Origin: Octopus sinensis
Lineage: Eukaryota
Reading direction: 5' to 3'
NCBI RefSeq assembly: GCF_006345805.1
Contig: NC_043011.1
Coordinates: 13,590,464-13,654,463 of the forward strand
Length of the DNA: 64,000 nt
Part shown: positions 25,292 to 37,406 of the stretch, piece by piece
Position numbering within the stretch: position 1 is the stretch's first letter
How the letters are laid out: each line of letters begins with the position of its first letter
Program-made: the position numbers and the translations under genes
Notes under the pieces: model-generated
Databases searched by the model: none
Seen by the model: the letters and a program-made list of their open reading frames with translations, nothing else
What the model was told of the DNA's origin: nothing

Positions 25292-25804
25292 ATTGGATTT
25301 CTGCTGCTTTTAAATAAAGTATATATATATATATATTGTACGTATGTGATTGCATGCCATTTTTGTTTATAGTTGCTTGTTTCTCACCGCTTCGCTTTGT
25401 TTTGTTTACGTTCCTGCAATGTAGATGCTTGGAAATAATCCGGGGTCAATATCATAGACTGAAACCTCCAACACGGTTCTCCAGAAATGCTTCAGTGATA
25501 ATGACTGAAACAAGTAAAAGAATAATAGAATTCAAGCACATGCATACATGCACCCACCTCCGTCACACACACACTTCACGCACATATGCGTGTGTGTATT
25601 TGTGTATGAGCGTGTGTGCATATATATATATATAAACAAGAAAAAAGCAACAAGAATGGATTAGTTGTTCAGTTGGTTTTTTCTTGTTTATAATCACCCC
25701 ACATTATTTTATGGTTAATACCATATAGATTTCTGGTGCATCTAAGTTAAGTACCGCGTTCATGTGAATTCATTGGAACTCACTTGAATCTTAATTGCTT
25801 TTAC

Positions 25805-25839
<35 letters not shown>

Positions 25840-25844
<5 letters not shown>

Positions 25845-26323
25845 TAATCCAAACAAGAAAACAGAAAAGACAACAACACAAAGAGGTGGAACAATTAAAG
25901 TATTATTATTAGGCGCTCAGGAAAAAAGGGAAGAAGGAGGGTATGACGTTTCGAGGGGAGCTCTTCGTCGGAAACATAAGAGAAAGAAAGATCCCGAGGT
26001 GGGAGGACAGAGGGAAAAAAAACGCGACTGGTCTTCACGAGGTAAACATACTGAAAGGCAAAGTCGTAGACGAGAGGGGATACCCTCTCGTCTACGACTT
26101 CCTGCCTTTCAGTATGTTTACCTCGTGAAGACCAGTCGCGTTTTTTTTCCCTCTGTCCTCCCACCTCGGGATCTTTCTTTCTCTTATGTTTCCGACGAAG
26201 AGCTCCCCTCGAAACGTCATACCCTCCTTCTTCCCTTTTTTCCTGAGCGCCTAATAATAATACTTTAATTGTTCCACCTCTTTGTGTTGTTGTCTTTTCT
26301 GTTTTCTTGTTTGGATTAACCTT
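25840..26323. repeat. Near-perfect 484-bp palindrome (fold-back Penelope-like element)
   Basis: ~240-bp arms, 4-nt loop GATA at 26079-26082, one 2-nt indel; abuts (TA)n. Confidence 0.92.
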
Positions 26324-26471
26324 TTCAAAGGTTTTCAAAGGCAGGAGAGCGGAAAAAGAAGGTAGGTAAAAACACAATGAGTGGGAAGAAGAGGGTGTGT
26401 ATGTGAGTATGTACGTGTGTGTGTGTGTATGTGTGTGTAAGGCGACGGCTAGTGGCGAGCAGCGGTCGTAA

Positions 26472-26517
<46 letters not shown>

Positions 26518-26950
26518 TATATATATACCTTCGTAACGCGGAGTAGACGAAACAGGGACAACTGAAGAAGAGGAATATTCCTTGTGTTGTATGTTTTGTA
26601 CTCTATTTTTTCGTTGTTTGAAAACAAGTTCGTCTCCATGTTTTTGTTTTTATGTCTTCGTTTCACATTGTGTTCGACATTTTTTTATGTCCTGTACCCA
26701 TATATACCAGAGCTAGAGTAATATGCTTTATCAAAAAACAACAGGTACATATCAAAAACTGTTACTCAGAGTTTCACGTTCCAGTTCGTCGGAGAGATTC
26801 TAAACAAAACTGTCCGACGAACGGGTACGTGAAACTCTGAGTGGTAGTTTTTTTGATATTTTTGCTACTTTTCAATAAAGTATACATACATACATACATA
26901 CATACATACATACAACATACATACATACATACATACATATATATGTATGT

Positions 26951-27003
<53 letters not shown>

Positions 27004-27104
27004 CTTAGAATAACTTAGAAAGGGTTTGGCCAGTATTGGCCCAAGCCATATCTAACTTAATATATATATATATATATATTATATATATAGATATATATAT
27101 ATAT

Positions 27105-27157
<53 letters not shown>

Positions 27158-27179
27158 ATAGACAGACAGATAGATCATT

Positions 27180-27246
<67 letters not shown>

Positions 27247-27917
27247 GATATAGATATAGATGCACGTGTATATATATATGTGTGTGTATTTGTATATGTC
27301 AGTGTGTGTATTTATGTATATATACATATACTCGAGTTATATGTTCGTCTGCTCTGTGTATATTATCTGTCAATAACCTTTTTTGTTCGCCCCCTCCCCC
27401 GGTGTATAAATACGCGCGTGTGCACACACACACACACACAACCACACATACACAGATACACACACACAAGTCATTATCTGTGTAATGCCTCCTCACATTC
27501 TCCCTCACGCTCTCCCCACCAATTGGTCAATCTGGCTAAAATCTTGATCTAGAAAAGCTTTTAATGACTCTCTTTGCATTCTTGTTTCTCTCTTTTCTTT
27601 TCTCTTTCTTTTTCTCTCAATGTCGTGTGTCATTCTCCATCTGTCATTCTCTCTCTAATTCCTAGGATACGCGGAGTAGATGAAACAGAGGCGACTGAAG
27701 AAGGGGAATTTTCCTTGTGTTGTATGTCCTGTACTCTATTTTTTCGTTGTTTAAGAAAAATGGCCATTTCCTTGGTTTTGTGTTTATGTTTTCGTTTCTC
27801 ATTGTGTTCGACGTTTCTTTGGTGTCCCGTACCCATATATGTATGTATATATACATATAGATGTAGGTACGTACATATATGTATGTTTATATGCATATGT
27901 TTTATTTATTAATTTGT

Positions 27918-28014
<97 letters not shown>

Positions 28015-28115
28015 CTCGAAACGTAAAAGACTTTTTCTATTCCTGAGCGTTATTCTAATACATGTTTGTTTTGTACACCACCTGTCTTCGTCCTTTGTGT
28101 TTTTTCGTAAACTCT

Positions 28116-28154
<39 letters not shown>

Positions 28155-28155
<1 letters not shown>

Positions 28156-28425
28156 GTATTCTTTTATACTTCTTGTTTCAGTCATTTCACTGCAGCCATG
28201 CTGGAGCACCGCTTTTTGTCGAAGAAATCGACCCATGGTACTTATTCTATCGTTCTCTTTTACTGAATCGCTAGCTTCTTTCGGTTTCCGTCTACCAAAT
28301 CCACTCACAAGGCTTTGGTCGAACTGAGGCTATAATAGAATACACTTGCCCAAGGTACCACGCAGTGGGACTGAACCCGGAACCATGTGGTTGGGAAGCA
28401 AGCTTCTTACCACACAGCCACACCA
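28155..28425 (-). mobile_element. SINE family 1, central deletion
   Basis: Head and tail fused at GAATCGCTAG|CTTCTTTCGG. Confidence 0.8.
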
Positions 28426-28705
28426 GTCTTTTTACATCTTATCATAGAAATTCCTCACATATCTACCCTTATACACTTTTAAAATTTTATCTAATTCTGG
28501 GAGGGCCTTCCCTCTCAGTCCCCTGATTTTCCTTTCCTAAATTCGTGTATGCTATCTCATTGCTAGTGCTTTTCTGTGTATAAACATAAATGTAAATGCT
28601 TTGCCAGACAAATTGTACTTCATGTTTGAAGCTCCAATATAGTTAGAGGGTGATACTCAAACACTCAACAACGAGTGCATTGCAAGTTGTTGTAGAAGCT
28701 GCTGT

Positions 28706-29083
28706 GCTGTTGCTGTTGCGAACGGTCTTCGTCCCAGAGCTCGCAAAATGGGAGAAGTCCGAAACGTGGTCCTTTGCTATTCGTAAGACCCGCAGAAGAG
28801 AAAGCAGGTCAACCCCCGACACCGAGAGCATCGACGGATGGATGAATGCGCATCCAGGCTCAGCGTTTGCGTAGGAAGTCGGGGACAAGAAACAGGAAGA
28901 AAGAGTGAGAGAAAGTTGGGGCGAAAGAGTACAACAGGGGTTGTCCCCCGCCCCTGCTGGAGCCTCGTGGAGCTTTAGGTGTTTTCGCTCAATAAACACA
29001 CACAACGCCCGGTCTGGGAATCGAAACCGCGATCCTCCGACCGCGAGTCCGCTGCCCTAACCACTGGGCCATTGCGCCTCCGC
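28706..29083 (-). mobile_element. tRNA-derived SINE family 3 with 15-bp TSD
   Basis: Head GGAGGCGCAATGGCCCAGTGGTTAGGG...GGTTTCGATTCCC; TSD TGTAGAAGCTGCTGT at 28691-28705 and 29084-29098. Confidence 0.85.
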
Positions 29084-29574
29084 TGTAGAAGCTGCTGTAA
29101 GCTAATGAAGTCCATAACATAATTGTTTATTTCTTTGTCATTCCAACTTTGAATCCTAAGGCAGTTTGATTCGGGCCCTTCAAACGTTTGTAGGCTCACC
29201 ACAAGAACCTAGCTCATCGGTCGCCTACAAAACTTTAAGCTGCATGGAGCCGAATCAAACTGTTCTTGAATATCAATATATGTAACTCTTACCAAATGTG
29301 TTGAGAGCGTCTTTCTTTCGTTTGTCCACGGAAAAAATATGAATTCAGTAGACGAGGTCAGAACAGTACAAGAGGAGTATTTTTCATCACGGACAAGTGG
29401 ATTTTGGAAGACAAGCCTTGAAAGTCTATCAGATAGATGCAAGAGCATTGTAGAAAATAAAGGAGAGTATATTTTAGATTAGAAAGGAACTTTGCTTATC
29501 TTAATTTTGAAAAATAAAAGAAGTATTTAAAAAACCGCATTATTTAAGGGATGATCCAATATGTATACCTATAC

Positions 29575-29735
29575 TTTCGTCTGTCTTTATGTTCTGAGTT
29601 CAAATTCCGCCGAGGTCGACTTTGCCTTTCATCTGGGGTCGATAAATTAAGTACCAGATGCGTACTGGGGTCGATCTAATCGACTGGTCCCCTCCCCCAA
29701 AATTTTGGGCCTTCTGGCTAGAGTAGAAAAGAATA
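29575..29735 (+). mobile_element. SINE family 2, 5'-truncated
   Basis: B-box, core and CCCCTCCCCCAAAATTT tail. Confidence 0.75.
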
Positions 29736-29753
29736 TGTATACCTATACATAGA

Positions 29754-29784
<31 letters not shown>

Positions 29785-30524
29785 GTGTGTACTATATACA
29801 TACATATATATAAATATATATGTATATGTGTGCTTGTGTATGTGTGTAGGATCCTGCCTAGCGTAATATTCCAATAACCAAGGAAGATCGGTTATACTTT
29901 AAAAAGATGACAGGAAATTTCGCGAATCCAAGTTATTATCCAGTAGGTATGTTATAAGCTTTATAGAGTGAATAATAATAATAATAATTTAATTGAGGAA
30001 AAGAGAACTGAGGTGGATGTTTTGATCGTTTCCATAAACGAATGTTTGTTATTCAATCGTTATGCGACATATCTAATAACATTACCATTCATTTACTTCT
30101 TCAGACATCCTGATTTGAAACACAATTTATGAAATAAATCTGCGATGCAAGATAAATTCATGTCACCTCGTGGATGCAGTGACATATACATATACGTACA
30201 CACTACATAAGCACACACACACGTACACACACACACACACACACACACACAACACACACACGTACACACACACACACACACACACACACGTACACACACA
30301 CACACACTAAAAACATACTACTTGTAGCTGACGCTTATCTGTGTTTTCTTTTTGTCTCTTCTATCGATACAACATCTGTTTGTGTGAATCCAATTTACTT
30401 TTTGGCCACTTTCCTCTAAACACAGAAGTCACACTTGCTTTCCCACTTTTCTTCAGTCTTTGTTTTTTTCTCCTCCAAACTAAATACTTCCACCAATAAA
30501 ATTTCCACCAGCGCTATATTCCAC

Positions 30525-30525
30525 T

Positions 30526-30581
<56 letters not shown>

Positions 30582-30811
30582 CCCTATCTCTCCCTCCTCC
30601 TCTCTCCCCCTCCTTCTCTCTCTCCCTCATCCTCTCTCCCCTACTCCCCTCCTCTCCTCCTCCCCTCCTCCCATCATCTCTCTCCTTCCTCCCTCTCCCT
30701 CTTCTCTCTCTCTCTTTCTCTCTCTCTCTTTTTCTCTCTCTCTTTCTCTCTCTCTCCATCCTCCTCTCTTTCTCCCTTCTTCCCTCTCTTCCATCCTCTC
30801 TCTTCCTCCCC

Positions 30812-30840
<29 letters not shown>
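30525..30840. repeat. ~320-bp pure polypyrimidine (CT-rich) tract
   Basis: Almost exclusively C/T on the + strand. Confidence 0.95.
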
Positions 30841-30843
<3 letters not shown>

Positions 30844-30961
30844 TCACATTGATCTCACTTCTCTCTATTTTCAGTTGAAAGTGAGTTCCAAAAGGTTATT
30901 GTTGTTGTTGTTCCATTTTCGACAAAAGGATAACAGTACCCATTTATTTAAAAAATCTAAG

Positions 30962-30991
30962 TGACTAACTAATTTAATTCGTCTGTTGCAG
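30962..30991 (+). promoter_or_regulatory. Branch point and 3' splice site of the 18.7 kb Kv intron (12272-30991)
   Basis: GACTAAC branch-like motif about 25 nt before TTGCAG. Confidence 0.7.
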
Positions 30992-32230
30992 GTCTATGGA
31001 ATAATTTCTCTAAGTTTCGTTATCGTCTCCATACTGACCTTCATTGTGGAAACGCATCCATTCTTCAAGACACGCGGAGATCGGGACATTTTGGGCCGGC
31101 GATACCGACAGTCGAATTCAACAACGAACGGTGACGATCCAGAGACAGAGGCGAACATGCCACACATATCTATTGTATTTATGGATGTAATTTGTTTGAC
31201 TTTCTTCACTCTAGAATTTATTTTACGACTAATCTGTGCACCCAAAAAGTGTAAATTCTTTTTTACTTTTCTCAACATGGTCGATTTAGCAGCTCTATTA
31301 CCAGACTTTATTGAAATCATTCTGATAAAGAACATCAACTACGACTTCATATTCTATATCACTCTATTACGATTAATTCGTATCTTGCGTATTTTCCGTC
31401 TCATACGGCATATTCCCGGGTTGTGGGTAATGATGTACACCTTAAAAGCCAGCTTAGAGGAACTGATGCTCATGTGTATATTTCTTTTGGTTGGTATGAT
31501 TATTTTTGCCTCTCTGATATTTTTTGTTGGAGAAGATAGATTTTCGAACATTCCCATGAGTCTATGGTGGGCGCTGATTACTATGACGACGGTCGGGTAT
31601 GGTGATATGGTGCCTTCTACAAACTTGGGTTATGTAGTCGGCTCATTCTGTGCCTTGACTGGTCTTCTCATGATTGGTTTTACCGTGCCCATTATAGTTA
31701 ATCACTTTGTCCTCAATTACACACACATGCAGTCAGCTACAAAATCAGAGATGAGGCAGAAACACCGACAGAAGGAACTCGAAGAAGAGAGGAAGTTAAT
31801 GGGTGAACTAAAAGCAGAGTTTTCAGAGTCAAAAAGAAATAATTGTAAGAAACCGACGAAGACGTTTTCTCTGAAAAAACATTCACCAGCAAGTGTATGG
31901 AATAAGAACACTGAGAATGGTAGCAAGTCTGAATTCAGTCGCCTTAACGAGTTAATCAACATGGAAAACTATGGAAACGGAATATCGAGTAATAACGAAA
32001 AACTTACTCATGACATAACCATGGAACACAAAAACTGGGATAAAACTAAAATACACAGTAGTTTCTCTAGCAATGATGATAATGAGCAAAATATGGATAG
32101 AGGTTATGAGGAGAAAGACGGTGCTAAATGTAAAAGCGGTAAATCTGCCAAAAAGTTACAATCACAGAATGCTCAATCATTCCCGATGGAGGAATTTGGT
32201 GGAGAGGATTTACGTACGTCGAATGTGTAG
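30992..32230 (+). CDS. Shaw: Shaw/Kv3-family K+ channel, second coding exon (S1-S6, pore, C-terminus); joined CDS 601 aa
   Basis: Acceptor TTGCAG|GTC at 30991/30992, phase 0, giving ...FLSK|VYGIISLSF. S4 LLRLIRILRIFRLIRH, pore WWALITMTTVGYGDMVP, stop at 32230. Confidence 0.93.
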   Translation, partial: VYGIISLSFVIVSILTFIVETHPFFKTRGDRDILGRRYRQSNSTTNGDDPETEANMPHISIVFMDVICLTFFTLEFILRLICAPKKCKFFFTFLNMVDLAALLPDFIEIILIKNINYDFIFYITLLRLIRILRIFRLIRHIPGLWVMMYTLKASLEELMLMCIFLLVGMIIFASLIFFVGEDRFSNIPMSLWWALITMTTVGYGDMVPSTNLGYVVGSFCALTGLLMIGFTVPIIVNHFVLNYTHMQSATKSEMRQKHRQKELEEERKLMGELKAEFSESKRNNCKKPTKTFSLKKHSPASVWNKNTENGSKSEFSRLNELINMENYGNGISSNNEKLTHDITMEHKNWDKTKIHSSFSSNDDNEQNMDRGYEEKDGAKCKSGKSAKKLQSQNAQSFPMEEFGGEDLRTSNV

Positions 32231-33782
32231 ATTTTTTTAGATATAAAAACATTTGCTGGTATTTATGTCTCACACAGACACACTTTTTCAAAGCCAAACA
32301 TACATTCAAATAACACATAATGAAGTGTGCTTTAAACTGTGTGTATACACCATATGCACAATATATGCATTCAAATATATATATATATATATAAATTAAG
32401 TGATCGAACTGTCGCCTTATTGATTGATCACTCTAAGTTGGAACTCCATCCCGAAACCAAAACTTTTTAAAGTAAGGAATTTCACTACTTCGACAAAGGA
32501 ACATTGATATTGTGTAGAAATCCTAATATATTAAACTTGAATGGAAGCAAGGCTTGCTCTTTCTGAACTAGAAATAATTAATCACTTTATGATATGATGA
32601 ATTCGTTAAATCAAAAGATGGTTTGTCTTTGATTCGAGTTCATAGTCGAAGACATGGTTATTTTAGTCATGAAAAGAAAAAAGTGGGAATTGTCAACAAG
32701 TGGAATACCGGACAATATCAATATAAATACTGAGTGATCATCAGTTGAGTCTTACGCATGTAATATATTGGAAAACTTCGATTAACTGAGATTATTCCTG
32801 CAATTAGTAGGCATATCCTCAATAATATCAGCCAAGTGTAACTTTGAGAAAATAATATCGATCCTGAAAACAACAGGCGGATTTTAAGCTTGTTACTCCT
32901 CTTCCTCAGCGAAATATATTGTAATCAGTCATTCAGGGTTAACAATGTCCATTATAGTGCATAGCTATCAACAAGAAAACTGGAAAATATCTCAAACGAT
33001 CACTTAGTCATAGATAGAATTATGGTTATTGTGACAAAAAGAAAACTGCTTCTGTTTGCAGTACTCTTTACCGGAAAGCCGACCTGTTTGAATTTATATT
33101 TTCCGCCTGGAAGGTCGAATGTCCTAAAGCATATAATTACACCAATTAGACGAACATTTTGCCTTTACATAATATCTTCATTTGTATTAATGTCAACATG
33201 GGACAATTATTATTAGCAATGATAAAAGTTTCTTCATATATAAAATACACACATCAATAAATTATGATGGTAATTAGGATGGTAATTATGATGGTAATTA
33301 TGATGGTAATGGGTATTTAAGATAGTGATGGAAATATAACCATATTGAGAGATAGAAACTCTGAAATCGAAGCAGTGTAGATATTTCTAAACATGTGGAA
33401 CAGGATCTAGAATCAAGCCAAAACACTGTACCCAGATATGCTGAGATCTTACGCAGATAAGAACGTCGAAAGACATTTTAAATGAATTAAAGAATATACA
33501 AGTATTTACTGGCGGTTGTTTTAAATATTAATGAGTTGTGTTGGATATGAAATGTTGATATGCGAGTTTATAGTTGCTTTTTGTTGTTGAGCAGAGTCAA
33601 CTTGTTTTGTCGTCTTAGAGATGGATTGGTTGCAGCTATGGACACTGGCTGTAAGTGGCTTGTCACGGTTGGAGTGGGGGTGGGTGGACAGATGAAAATG
33701 CGTGGATATGTGTAAACGTGTTTTTTCTGCCTTTTTTTGTATGGATGAGTATTGGTACTAAAAAATATGTCGATGGGTGGAC

Positions 33783-34085
33783 CTGTATGTATGTATGTAT
33801 GTATGTATGTATGTATGTATGTATGTATGTATGTATGTATGTATGTATGCGTGTATGTACGTATGTATGTATGCATGTATGTATGCATGTATGTATGTAT
33901 GTGTGTATGTATGTATGTATGAATGTTTGTATGTATGTAGATATGTACGTATGTATGTATATATGTATGTATGTGTATATGTATGTATGTATGTAAGCAT
34001 GTATGCATGAATGTATGTATGCATGTGTGTATGTATATATATATACACACACAGACACACACACACACACACTTACACATACACA
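33783..34085. repeat. (TATG)n/(CA)n microsatellite complex
   Basis: Direct reading. Confidence 0.95.
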
Positions 34086-35920
34086 AATACATATATATAT
34101 AAGCGCGTGTGCATGTGTGTGTGGTGTGAGTGTGTTGTGTGTGAGATGTACGTGTGTGTGGTGAGAGTATTATGCGTGCGTGCGTGTGGGGAGGACAAGT
34201 GTATTTTTTTATCGTTGTCGATTTTGACTACATGCTGGTCGAATAAAAAAAACAATATGAAAAATTAACGTTTGCAATGTTGACATATCGAGCTACACAA
34301 ATGAAAGCAGACGATTTTTAGTAAATGTTGCTTATAAATTAATCTGATTGTGTTTCACATGATTGTTTAATGGAACTACTTGTGTTTCGGTCGACTGATA
34401 AAGAATACCGGGGGTTAAAAACGAAATTTACAGATTTACAGATTTGTCGTTCGGAATTGGCTGATGAAAGGGTATCAAATGTTGCCAGGCAAATCGATTG
34501 TTCAGTACATTTTATTATGTTGAAATATGATAGTGTTGAGTCAACCGAACGATTGGAAATATCGCATCTAACATCAAGATATAATGTCCTGCATCTATCT
34601 GGAATTCATCATAAATTTATTCTGTAATCATACACTGCACACAAAAGTCTATTATGGACAATTGCGTGAGTATGATGCACAATAGTCACACACACATTAA
34701 CAGATTTGCACAAGATAACTATCCATAGTATTTTTCAATATAATCGTTGCTGTAATTAAGTTATCAAATAATGGAGAATATTATTGAAAAAATACTAGCT
34801 TATTTCATTATGTCGCCCCTTTTACGTAAATGATCTTGGTTTTCCGCCTTGCAAAATGATATTAACTTCTTCCATTGTAAGAAAGTAGCAGATTATTCAC
34901 ATATGATTTATATTTGTTGCTTTAAAGACCCAGTTTCTCGGGCCTCATGCTACTTACTCACTAACCATCTCTGAAAAGATGACATCAAACAATAAACCGC
35001 ATTACCAACCATCACATGATTCTAACAATTTTGTAACTTTATCACTGTTCGGAGTCTGTTATTGACTCATTAAAAAAAAGTACTCGCTATTTCTAGGGAG
35101 TCATATCTTCAACTTCTCAAATGCTTTAAGTCCTGCCATTCCCTTGACAGATAAGGTTTCTGCTCCTCTCCTTAAACAACGGCTTCTCTCAGCGACCTAC
35201 AAGGCTTGGCCACATATCATCCTTAACCATACAGTTGCAATTAGAAAGAAATCTCTTTAAAATTGTTTAACAATAACAGCCACCCTACTGGCCAAGCAAT
35301 ACTAAGCAACATTGTCATATATATATCCCATATCACACTCCACAAAACATATGTACCCCTTCATCTCCCTCCTGCGTATCAATCTAACACTTCACTCCAC
35401 ATGTGAAAGATATGGTGACTAAAACAAATCGTAACGTTACATAATCTCCCATCAGTTGTTGTATTGGAATAAAAAAGAATCACAAAGGGAAACGAAATAG
35501 GGAAACTCGAGGGTCCTTTTGCTTAGCTGAAAGCAGTTTTGGCACAAACTTGGCAGACACGCGTCTCATACCAATAGCTCTTTCTTAAGGAATTCCTAAG
35601 TCTGTCACTATTCTTACTGGGTCCCGATAATCCATTTTTCTCGGTAATCGGGCAGATTTAATTTCAACTCACAATGGAAATGGACCAAGTCAAAACATAT
35701 TGCAAACTATCTCTAGCATTCTGCTAATGTACTGCCTTGGTCTGGTACTTTATCGACTCCGAAGGGACAAAACACTGAGCTGACTTCGGCGGAATTTGAA
35801 CTCAGAGCTCAGAGAAGCGGAAAAAATACCGCAAAGCATATCATCTAATGCCATGTAAAACTAATTTATTGTTAATTGCCCTGCGTTTCTCAATTAGTCA
35901 AAAGACAACCATAACAGTGT

Positions 35921-36234
35921 GGAGGCACATGGCCTAGTGGTTAGAGCAGCGAACTTGCGATCGAGGGATCGCGGGTTCGAATCTCAGACCGGACGATGTG
36001 TGTGTTTATGAGCGAAAACACCTAAGCTCCACGTGGCTCCGGCAGAAGGTAATGGCGAAACTTCTGCTGACTCTTTCGCCACAACTTTCTCCACTCTTTC
36101 CTCCTGCATCTTGCAGCTCACCTGCAACGGACCGGCGTCCCGTCCAGGTGGAAAACCTATACGTCAAGAAACCGGGAAACCGGCCCTTATGAGCCAGGCA
36201 TGGCTCGAGAAGGAACAAACAACAATAAAAAAAC
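35921..36234 (+). mobile_element. SINE family 3
   Basis: A-box TGGCCTAGTGG, B-box GGTTCGAATCTC; TSD CCATAACAGT. Confidence 0.85.
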
Positions 36235-36524
36235 CCATAACAGTATAGAAACGGAAGATAAGATCTACCATAGACTGTAACCTCTTCCTCTGAACTGCTC
36301 AATCTATTTGTCACAATCCTACACTATTCATAACATAAAACTGTTCTCTCCCCAGAGAAATATTATTACATACTCCGAGTATATCTATATAGCCACACAC
36401 AGATATGTAAAGCTGTATCTGACAAGTACAGCCTATAGCTGAAATCAGCCCCAACTCTTTTCAGCTACTTTGACTACATCTTCAGATTACCCACAAACAA
36501 TGCTAGCAACACAATAACAAGTGC

Positions 36525-36710
36525 GCACTAAGTTTTTATGTTCTACCTCACTTCTGCTGTTTACAGCAGTGCTTGGAAGGAAGGTGTATAGCGTGTGATC
36601 ATCGCATTGACCATAACAAGGTAAGTTGAGCAGAGAATCTGCATCAAATTTTGCCAAAAGCTTGGCGATACTTGCTCAGAGGCCTACGCAAAGTTTTCGA
36701 ATACAACCAC
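36525..36710 (+). mobile_element. Fragment of the same mariner derivative (a second piece lies at ~35505-35572)
   Basis: Matches ~37905-38070, including the junction GCCTACGCAAAGTTTTCGAA. Confidence 0.75.
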
Positions 36711-36986
36711 TTCCAATTAATCTTGGAGAATGTGAAGTTGGTGAGTTTGGATATTTGTTCGCGGGAACATATGGAACTTGCTGTCTCTAGTTCATCTTTG
36801 GTCTGAGAGAAAAGATACGTTAACCACTAGTATAACGAAAGGGAGTAGACGCAGGATAGAGGACGCGCAGTATTTTGGTGGGATGGCATTATAGATATGT
36901 ATTATACTGATTTTCGTTGCGGAGGAGAGAGGTTGGGACTGCAAACTCATTTCGGGCTATACAAACTCTTAAGTATTTTTCTAATT

Positions 36987-37406
36987 GGGTCTTTTCGGTT
37001 TGAACGGCAGTTTTTAACATAATTTCTAGGTAACTAAAAAATTTTAAACTTCGTATACTGGTAGAATGTGTTTATAAAACATCTTTTTCTCTTGGCTTTA
37101 TTGAGAAAATTCTATAGTTTGTAAGATATTTGTTGTTTTTTTTCTTCAATTTCTGCAATTTCAACCAATCAATTACGTCTATTGAAGTAAAAAAAAACAT
37201 TCTGTGCCGTATGAATATGTCCCTCGTTTAAGAAACAGATTGGGTTTATTTACATTTGTGAAGAAAAAAAGATACCCTTCCTCCCACCCCTAACACTAAC
37301 CCTAAAACAGATTGAAATGCAATAGATCGATACTAGGGTCATAATTATGGGTAACAATTTCATATGACACCGCTAGAAAAAACAGCCGTTCAAACCGAAA
37401 AGATCC
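36987..37406 (-). mobile_element. TTAGGG MITE copy, reverse orientation
   Basis: Same TIRs; CCCTAA tract. Confidence 0.88.

Noticed and set aside
25795-26377. Two near-identical ORFs on opposite strands (157 and 160 aa)
   Set aside because: Mirror products of the 484-bp palindrome.
28990-29081. tRNA genes at SINE heads (also 642, 35921, 63830)
   Set aside because: A/B boxes run into SINE bodies with TSDs, and no acceptor stem closes.
34370-34627. 85-aa ORF downstream of Kv (also short ORFs at 43561, 59949, 60876)
   Set aside because: No recognisable motif or convincing splice context; cannot be supported without a database search.
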